Shown here piece by piece: positions 6,643 through 8,653 of a stretch of DNA of 8,653 nucleotides. Numbering within the stretch: the stretch's first letter is position 1; every line of letters starts with the position of its first letter. Origin of the DNA: Paraspadella gotoi (Eukaryota > Animalia > Chaetognatha); contig CM119271.1 of assembly GCA_051294375.1 (NCBI GenBank), positions 2,689,819 through 2,698,471 on the forward strand, in the 5' to 3' direction. The notes beneath the pieces are model-generated. The model worked only from the letters and a program-made list of their open reading frames with translations, made no database searches and was not told where the DNA came from. The position numbers and the translations under genes were made by a program.

Positions 6643-7346
6643 TATTTGTTTTTATTTCATTACTAACTACAGAATCGTAACTTAATGCTATTTCCGATAA
6701 CTTGTCTAATAGTACAAGAATAACGGTTGGCTAAAATAATTGAGACTGTGAGAGAGTCTTGATTGAAAGCTGGCAGGGACCTGCTATGTCATTATCTTGC
6801 AAGAGTGATGGAGGCCTTAAACCACCAAAGCCTGTCCAAAGTCAGGGGCAAAATAGCTTATTTATTAAATGAATGGATAATTTTTATATTGGTTGTACCA
6901 ATTTCATAGAGAGACAAAAAGAAAACTTGGGTTTGCAATACATACGTAATGAAAACAATGACAAAAAAAATACTTCGAAATAAGCTAAAGAATTCTTTTG
7001 GCGAGTTTATTTTCTTTCATACCCATTTCATAATATTGCTCCGGATCTTCACTCACTAAAAATACTAAAAAACTTCTTTTCCCCTTCCATATTCGTTTGT
7101 CTAACATTAAATAGTGTCGAACCATTTTCTTCCAGGTCCCCGCAAATAATTTCCTACTTTTCCCTCAAAAAGAAAAAAAAACCAAAAAACTGATGATTCC
7201 ATTTGAACTTCCGGTTCCATCGGTCGTTTCTTTTGTTTAGGAACTCATTCGATGCCATTTAAATTTCACTTTCGCTGCTTTGCTCTTTTGTTGTCTCTTT
7301 TTTCCTCCATTTATTTCCAAGGCCTATTTTCCCACATTTTCTCTCT

Positions 7347-7356
7347 NNNNNNNNNN
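7347..7356. other. Assembly gap (10 N)
   Basis: Run of N. Confidence 1.
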
Positions 7357-7570
7357 TTTTTTACTCATTTCATTCATTTTGTCCTTTTTTACTCATTTTT
7401 GCCCATTTTTCCCATCGTCTTTTTGACCCTCGATTTCCTTATCCGTCGACTTTTCGAACTTTTTACGACGCAATATTTTATTTTTCGAAAATGTTTATTC
7501 CTAAAAGATCGAGATTTTGTAGTAAATTTCATCCCTTGTTTATTTTGACAATTTTCCTTTTGGAGTGTCT

Positions 7571-7598
7571 TCTCTCTCTCTCTCTCTCTCTCTCACTC
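7571..7598. repeat. (CT)n microsatellite
   Basis: Seen directly in the sequence. Confidence 0.9.
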
Positions 7599-7730
7599 AC
7601 TGGTCTTTGTCTTTAAAATTCAAAAGCAAATATTGGAAGGAACGAAAGAAAGTTTAGAAAATAAAAAGAAAGACTTTTCGTTGAAATAACATTTGTTTTT
7701 AAATATTTCTATTGCATATAACTTTATTTT

Positions 7731-7960
7731 NNNNNNNNNNNNNNNNNNNNNNNNNNNNNNNNNNNNNNNNNNNNNNNNNNNNNNNNNNNNNNNNNNNNNN
7801 NNNNNNNNNNNNNNNNNNNNNNNNNNNNNNNNNNNNNNNNNNNNNNNNNNNNNNNNNNNNNNNNNNNNNNNNNNNNNNNNNNNNNNNNNNNNNNNNNNNN
7901 NNNNNNNNNNNNNNNNNNNNNNNNNNNNNNNNNNNNNNNNNNNNNNNNNNNNNNNNNNNN
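7731..7960. other. Assembly gap (230 N)
   Basis: Run of N. Confidence 1.
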
Positions 7961-8136
7961 AAATCATAATTTACGTTATGCCTTATAGTTGATGCGTTTT
8001 TGTTTCTATTTTTCTCCTTTGTTTTCAGATGATCGCGACCGCTAGGATCGCGCGCGTTGAAAGTATAAATAAAATAATATGACATATTATATTATAAACC
8101 GGTCAATTTCCAAAAGCTATTTGACTGTTTAATCGG

Positions 8137-8315
8137 NNNNNNNNNNNNNNNNNNNNNNNNNNNNNNNNNNNNNNNNNNNNNNNNNNNNNNNNNNNNNNNN
8201 NNNNNNNNNNNNNNNNNNNNNNNNNNNNNNNNNNNNNNNNNNNNNNNNNNNNNNNNNNNNNNNNNNNNNNNNNNNNNNNNNNNNNNNNNNNNNNNNNNNN
8301 NNNNNNNNNNNNNNN
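8137..8315. other. Assembly gap (179 N)
   Basis: Run of N. Confidence 1.
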
Positions 8316-8653
8316 AGCTTTCCTGCCCCCGACTGAAGGTGGTTTAAGGCATCACTATTACAAGATTTATGTGTGTGTTTCTTTATTTTTATAATCTATT
8401 TTTACAATAAAAACTGAAAAAACCTTTTTTTTAAAAAAACCTTTTTCAGAGAAAAGACCAAAACGTTTTTAACTTCAACCGTCTCAATTCACGACATAAT
8501 TCAAAATAATAAATATTCAAAAAAGAGTCACTTTTCGTGAAAGTTTAGTCTTCGCTTTCACCATCCATCAACGACTTTATGTTTATTTGAACTCGAGGAA
8601 AAAGTCACTTTAGAAATTTAACGATTAGGATTCGATGGACTTAAAAAAAAAAA

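Noticed and set aside
6760-6910. CpG-poor open stretch (AGRDLLCHYLARVMEALNHQ...) as a transposon or gene fragment
   Set aside because: Under 50 codons, with no recognisable motif, terminal repeats or convincing splice sites.

Overview
Draft-quality eukaryotic, probably animal, genomic DNA: AT-rich, with spliceosomal GT-AG introns, many microsatellites and four N gaps. The main feature is a + strand multi-exon gene at about 4778-6564. It encodes an RRRR furin-type site, a coiled coil, a long Lys/Glu/Asp-rich and essentially proline-free Gly-X-Y collagen-like tract, and a C-terminal H-type-lectin-like domain. This is a collectin/ficolin-like layout with a different head domain. Splice phases agree across both introns. 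The coiled-coil and collagen exons contain many indels (sequencing error or pseudogenisation), while the lectin exon is intact. Immediately upstream and divergent is a phase-consistent 5-exon minus-strand model of unknown product with one in-frame TAG. The window also holds a probable Helentron/DINE-1-like (HINE) element end with a 24-bp minisatellite, and a CpG-rich candidate exon between complementary (CT)n and (GA)n tracts. Most ORFs in the supplied track are microsatellite, antisense or gap artefacts.
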